NCBI GenBank assembly: GCA_050050035.1
Contig: JASFVB010000001.1
Coordinates: forward strand, 1-48,959
DNA: 48,959 nt
Reading direction: 5' to 3'
Source: Acidimicrobiia bacterium
GTDB lineage: Bacteria; Actinomycetota; Acidimicrobiia; Spongiisociales; ZC4RG35
The notes beneath the pieces are model-generated. The model was given only the letters and a program-made list of their open reading frames with translations, was not told the DNA's origin and ran no database searches. Made by a program: the position numbers and the translations under genes. Of the stretch, positions 44,549-48,959 are shown piece by piece; the first letter of the stretch is position 1; the number at the start of each line of letters is the position of its first letter.

Positions 44549-46495
44549 ATGAGCGAGCGCCCCACGACGACATGGCACAAGGTGGCCGACCTCGACGAGC
44601 TTCCCGAAGGCCGGGTGAAGACCGTCACGGTGGGGAGACGATGGCTCGCTCTCACTCATCACCAGGGCTCCTACGGCGTCCTCGACAATCGCTGCCCGCA
44701 CCAGGGAGGGCCACTCGGGGAGGGATCGATAGAGAAGGGATGGCTGCGCTGCCCGTGGCACGGCTACGACTACAACCCCCTCGACGGATCGCCTCCAGCG
44801 GGCTTCGACGACGCCCCGACCTGCTTCCAGACCGAGGTGAGAGAGGACGGGGTCTACGTGGCACTGCCACCCGAGAGCGAGAGGGTGCGGACCGTTAGCG
44901 ACGTTCTCGTGGAGACGATGGTGAACTGGGGGGTGACCCACGTCTTCGGGATGGTGGGTCACTCCAATCTCGGGTTCTCCGACGCCATGAGGGAGGCCGA
45001 GGAGAGAGGTGATTTGACCTTTGTCGGGGTGCGGCATGAAGGCGCTGCCTCGTTCGCGGCGAGTGCGTACGGCAAGGTCACCGGTGAGCTCGCGGCCTGC
45101 TTCGGCATTGCCGGGCCCGGCTCCACGAACCTGATGACAGGCCTCTACGACGCCAAGGTCGACCGGGCGCCCGTGCTGGCCATCTCGGGACAGGTCCCGT
45201 CGAAGGTGAAGGGGAGAGGAGCCTTCCAGGACCTCGACCTCGAGGCAGCCTTCTCCGACGTCGCCCGATACTCAGAGACCGTCCTGCCCGGTGGCGACTA
45301 TGCCGAGCTGATGAACATGGCGTGCAAGCACTCCCTGGTGGAACGTGACGTCACCCACCTGATGCTGCCCGACGAGGTGCAGGTGATCCCGAGCGACACG
45401 CTTCCGGGACAGCGCGAAGGGCGGATCTCGTCGCGCGCCATCGCCCCTCCCGACGACGTGCTCGATGCCGCGGTCCGGCAGATATCCCAAGCCGAGCGTC
45501 CCCTCTTCATCGTGGGGGCTGGGGCGCGCCACGACATGGGGCCGATCGTCGACTGCGCCGAGAAGATGGGGATCCCGGTCGTCACCACATTCAAGGCCAA
45601 AGGGCAGATCCCCGACACACACCCACTCGGGTGTGGCGTTCTCGGCCGAAGTGGCACACCGGTTGCTTCGTGGTTCATGAACGAGAGCGATCTGCTCGTC
45701 GTCTTCGGCGCGTCGTTCTCCAACCACACCGGCATCGCCGACTACAAGCCCACCATCCAGGTCGATTCTGACCCGCTGGCCCTCGGCCGGTTTCATCCTG
45801 TGGACATCCCGGTCCAAGGCGATGTCGGAGTCACCGCCCGGCTCTTCGCCGAGCGGATGCCCGCAGACACCATGTTCAGCGACCGGTCGAACGAGGTCGC
45901 CGAACGATGGGGTATCTGGCGCGAGGAGAAGAAGAGCCGTCGCGCTGACGATTCCGGCGAAGGCGTCAACTCCGCGGCCATCTTCGACAGCCTCAGCCGG
46001 CTAGCCCCGCCTGACGCGGCGATGGCCGTGGACGTGGGCAACAACACCTACTCCTTCGGCCGGTACTTCGAAGCCGAGCGGCAGTCGATCGTCATGTCCG
46101 GCTATCTCGGCTCGATCGGCTTCGCGTTCCCCGCGGCGATGGGGCTGTGGGCGGCAGTCGGTGGGGAGCGCCAGGTCATCGCGGTTGCCGGTGACGGCGG
46201 GTTCGGGCAATACGCCATGGAGTTCAACACCGCGGTGAAGCACGACATGGACATCACGTTGATCCTCCTCGTGAACGACGAATTGGGGAAGATCAGCAAG
46301 GAACAGCGTGGAGTGGCGTTCGACGTGTGGCAGACGGAGCTGACCAATCCAGACTTCGCGGAGTTCGCCCGCAACTGCGGGGGATTCGGGGTCAGAGTGG
46401 GCAAGGTCGATGAGCTCGACGACGGAGTCAGTGCCGGTCTGGCCCATCGCGGCCCGGCAATCGTCCAGATCGACGCCGATCCGTTGCTCGTCTAG
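44549..46495 (+). CDS. fusion protein: N-terminal Rieske [2Fe-2S] domain + thiamine-pyrophosphate enzyme (pyruvate oxidase/acetolactate synthase/glyoxylate carboligase superfamily)
   Basis: Rieske motifs CPH...CPWH lie at 44693-44761. These are followed by the TPP N-domain (GIAGPGSTNL), a middle domain, and the TPP-binding motif AGDGGFGQY...LLVND. Confidence 0.8.
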   Translation: MSERPTTTWHKVADLDELPEGRVKTVTVGRRWLALTHHQGSYGVLDNRCPHQGGPLGEGSIEKGWLRCPWHGYDYNPLDGSPPAGFDDAPTCFQTEVREDGVYVALPPESERVRTVSDVLVETMVNWGVTHVFGMVGHSNLGFSDAMREAEERGDLTFVGVRHEGAASFAASAYGKVTGELAACFGIAGPGSTNLMTGLYDAKVDRAPVLAISGQVPSKVKGRGAFQDLDLEAAFSDVARYSETVLPGGDYAELMNMACKHSLVERDVTHLMLPDEVQVIPSDTLPGQREGRISSRAIAPPDDVLDAAVRQISQAERPLFIVGAGARHDMGPIVDCAEKMGIPVVTTFKAKGQIPDTHPLGCGVLGRSGTPVASWFMNESDLLVVFGASFSNHTGIADYKPTIQVDSDPLALGRFHPVDIPVQGDVGVTARLFAERMPADTMFSDRSNEVAERWGIWREEKKSRRADDSGEGVNSAAIFDSLSRLAPPDAAMAVDVGNNTYSFGRYFEAERQSIVMSGYLGSIGFAFPAAMGLWAAVGGERQVIAVAGDGGFGQYAMEFNTAVKHDMDITLILLVNDELGKISKEQRGVAFDVWQTELTNPDFAEFARNCGGFGVRVGKVDELDDGVSAGLAHRGPAIVQIDADPLLV

Positions 46496-46514
46496 GCAGC
46501 CCTAGGCTCCGAGC

Positions 46515-47558
46515 ATGAAGAAGCGACCACTTGGCTCATCGCAACTCGAGTTGAGCGTGCTTGGTCTCGGCACGATGACGTTCGGCGCGGAGGCGGACGA
46601 GGCGACGTCCCACGCGATCCTCGACCACTACACCGAGGCCGGGGGCCGTTTCGTGGACACCGCAGACGTGTACTCCCGCGGTGTCTCCGAGGAGATCATC
46701 GGCCGATGGCTGGCGCGGACGTCGGTCGAGGGGATCGTTCTGGCCACGAAGGCGCGATTCCCGATGGGCGACGGACCCGACGACGTCGGGGCGGGTCGCA
46801 AGCACCTGGTCAAGGCACTCGACGCAAGCCTGGGCCGTCTCGGCGTCGAGACAATCGACCTCTACCAGATCCACGCTTGGGACCCGGACACGCCGCTAGA
46901 GGAGACGCTGGAGACTCTGAGCGATTTCGTGACCGCCGGGAAGGTCCGCCACGTGGGTGTGTCCAACTTCCTCGGATGGCACCTGGAGAGAGCCACACAG
47001 CTCGCCGACCGCAACGATTGGCCCCGGGTCGTCTCGCTACAGCCGCAGTACAGCCTCCTGGCCCGGGAGATCGAGCTAGACGTGCTCCCATTGGCCCTGG
47101 AGCTGGGCGTCGGCATCCTCCCGTGGAGCCCTCTCGGCGGAGGCTGGCTGACCGGCAAGTACACCGCGAGCCAACGACCCACCGGCGCCACACGGCTCGG
47201 TGAGAACCCCACTCGGGGAGTCGAGGCCTACGACCTGCGCAACAACCAGCAGACATGGGATGTCGTCGACGCAGTGGAGAAGATCGCGGGCGATCATGAC
47301 GTCGTGATGAGCCAGGTGGCCCTCAACTGGCTGCGTGCCAGGCCGGGGGTGACGTCGGTATTGCTCGGCTGTCGAAACGTGACCCAACTCGATCAGAATC
47401 TCGGATGCCTGGAATGGGACCTGGCGGACAGCGAGATGGACGAGCTGAACCGTGTCAGCGCACCGGGCATCCCGGCCTATCCGCACGGATTCCTCGAGAC
47501 GCTGGCAAACGTCGGCTCCTGGTCAGATCTCGCGACTCGAGCCGAGCCGCCCCTCTGA
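46515..47558 (+). CDS. aldo/keto reductase
   Basis: LGLGTMTFG...FVDTADVYS.G.SEEIIG and the later GVSNF motif. 347 aa. Confidence 0.88.
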   Translation: MKKRPLGSSQLELSVLGLGTMTFGAEADEATSHAILDHYTEAGGRFVDTADVYSRGVSEEIIGRWLARTSVEGIVLATKARFPMGDGPDDVGAGRKHLVKALDASLGRLGVETIDLYQIHAWDPDTPLEETLETLSDFVTAGKVRHVGVSNFLGWHLERATQLADRNDWPRVVSLQPQYSLLAREIELDVLPLALELGVGILPWSPLGGGWLTGKYTASQRPTGATRLGENPTRGVEAYDLRNNQQTWDVVDAVEKIAGDHDVVMSQVALNWLRARPGVTSVLLGCRNVTQLDQNLGCLEWDLADSEMDELNRVSAPGIPAYPHGFLETLANVGSWSDLATRAEPPL

Positions 47559-47644
47559 GGCGCCGCACTCCGTTGGATCGCCCGGGCGCCCCGGTACCAT
47601 GACGGCCCGGACATGAACCGGCATCGGCTTCGGAGGGACCCCCA

Positions 47645-48700
47645 ATGAGCATCGTCCACGTCGTGGGCACCGGCACGATCGGTGAGCCTCTCATCGGTCT
47701 CCTGGCAGACGACAAGGAGCAATTCGGCATCGACGAGGTGACGTTTCACAAGAGGACGCCCCTCGTCAGCGAGAAGGCCAAGGTCGAGGATCTGGTCCGC
47801 CGGGGCGCGATCCTCGCCGTGGACGAGGATCGCCGGTCGACATTCGAGGAGCTGGGCCACACCCCGAAGTACGGGACCATGGAGGCCATTGAGCGGGCGA
47901 CTGTGGTCATCGACTGCACTCCGGTCGGAAACCAGATGAAAGAGGACATCTACAAGGACGTGACCGGGCCGATCGGGTTCATGGCCCAGGGCTCGGAGTA
48001 CGGATTCGGGAAGATGTACGCCCGGGGCATCAACGACGAGGCGCTCGTCCGGGGAGAGGACAAGTTCCTCCAGATCGTGAGCTGCAACACGCACAACATC
48101 TCGGTGTTGATCAAGGCGCTGGCGATGGACCTGGACGGGACCAACCACCTCGAGAACGGTCGTTTCCTGTGTATGCGACGCGCCAACGACATCAGTCAGG
48201 ACACCGGGTTCATCGCGAGCCCGGTGGTCGGAGGTCATGGCGACGAGCGGTTCGGCACGCATCATGCCCGGGACGCCCACGACCTCTTCACCACACTCGG
48301 CTATGACCTCAACATCCATTCGTCGGCGATCAAGCTCAACACCCAGTACATGCACTCACTGCATTTCTCCCTGACCCTCGACCGGGAGATCGACATGGAC
48401 GAGATCCGGGATCGTCTCGACGCCAATACGAGAGTTGCCGTGACCCACAAGCAGTCGGCCAACCAGGTGTTCTCATTTGGGCGGGACCACGGCTACTACG
48501 GGCGGATCATGAGCCAGGCGGTGGTTTCGCTCGAGACTCTGGCAGTTCGCAACGGCAACGAGATCGTCGGGTTCTCCTTCACCCCTCAGGACGGCAACCC
48601 CCTCCTATCGACGGTCGCGGCCATTCTCTGGTACCTGGACCCGGAGACCCGTGACGACCGCATCGACGTCCTCCGCAGGTACTTGTTCCCCGAGATCTGA
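47645..48700 (+). CDS. type II (archaeal-type) glyceraldehyde-3-phosphate dehydrogenase-like oxidoreductase
   Basis: Rossmann motif VVGTGTIGE, VIDCTP, a catalytic-Cys motif VSCNTHN (archaeal GAPDH has SCNTT) and YMHSLHF. The assignment is by motif recollection only. Confidence 0.55.
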   Translation: MSIVHVVGTGTIGEPLIGLLADDKEQFGIDEVTFHKRTPLVSEKAKVEDLVRRGAILAVDEDRRSTFEELGHTPKYGTMEAIERATVVIDCTPVGNQMKEDIYKDVTGPIGFMAQGSEYGFGKMYARGINDEALVRGEDKFLQIVSCNTHNISVLIKALAMDLDGTNHLENGRFLCMRRANDISQDTGFIASPVVGGHGDERFGTHHARDAHDLFTTLGYDLNIHSSAIKLNTQYMHSLHFSLTLDREIDMDEIRDRLDANTRVAVTHKQSANQVFSFGRDHGYYGRIMSQAVVSLETLAVRNGNEIVGFSFTPQDGNPLLSTVAAILWYLDPETRDDRIDVLRRYLFPEI

Positions 48701-48712
48701 CCGGGCTTTCTG

Positions 48713-48959
48713 ATGGAGCAGAAGACGTTGGAGTTCGCCGCTGAGGCAATCACGGCGATTGGCCGGCTCGACGTCGCCACGGCCCGGATGTCGATTGGCC
48801 AGGCCTTCGCAGCGGACAGACAGCTCGGTGCCCTCGCCGACGCCGTCTATCTCGCCTGTGCGGAGATCGAGGAGGAGTCCGGGGTGAGCACATCGACGTG
48901 GAACACGTTGGCCGATGCCGTCGCCTCCGACGAGCTGCTTGCCGTCATCGAGTCCACCC
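48713..48959 (+). CDS. hypothetical protein (3'-truncated by window edge)
   Basis: An ATG at 48713 opens a frame with high GC3 that stays open to the window end. I recognised no family. Confidence 0.35.
   Translation, partial: MEQKTLEFAAEAITAIGRLDVATARMSIGQAFAADRQLGALADAVYLACAEIEEESGVSTSTWNTLADAVASDELLAVIEST

Overview
This is a high-GC, densely coding chromosomal segment of actinobacterial type. Supporting signs are a strong G/C preference at codon position 3, LLM (luciferase-like monooxygenase) and F420-type enzymes, a DinB/mycothiol-type enzyme, dapA-rnj-ftsK synteny, and a RamB-like regulator next to aceB-aceA. I support about 44 protein-coding genes. I saw no rRNA, tRNA, CRISPR array, transposase or integrase, so this looks like core genome rather than an accessory island. 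Main blocks, in order: (1) A P450-ferredoxin pair. (2) A tightly packed minus-strand array: a VWA (von Willebrand A) protein, a CobS-like AAA+ ATPase, haloalkane dehalogenase, a LOG protein, a DinB-like protein, a crotonase and an HD-GYP protein. (3) M16 peptidase, glpD, PPIase, dapA-rnj and ftsK. (4) A 2-oxoacid dehydrogenase E1alpha/E1beta/E2 operon translationally coupled to an AhpD-like gene. (5) An S10 peptidase. (6) A TetR-controlled ABC-2 exporter with two different ATPases. (7) A MacB/FtsX-type ABC pair. (8) A RamB-like regulator divergent from a glyoxylate-shunt cluster (aceB, aceA) that continues into a Rieske-TPP fusion protein, an aldo/keto reductase and an archaeal-type GAPDH-like gene. 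I found no convincing novel multi-gene system such as a defence island. The most interesting items are: (a) an in-frame TGA exactly at the second Cys of the CxxC motif of the AhpD-like gene, followed by a SECIS-like hairpin, making it a candidate selenoprotein coupled to the lipoyl E2; (b) a ParB N-terminal-type peptide (GLGRGLDALIP) in frame at the 5' end of the E1alpha gene, behind a strong Shine-Dalgarno; (c) a Rieske-TPP enzyme fusion downstream of aceBA; (d) a Pnkp-like P-loop kinase fused to an LLM oxidoreductase; (e) a CobS/CobT-like AAA+/VWA pair with swapped Walker residues and an HExxH motif. All functional calls come from motif recognition by eye. No database search was run.
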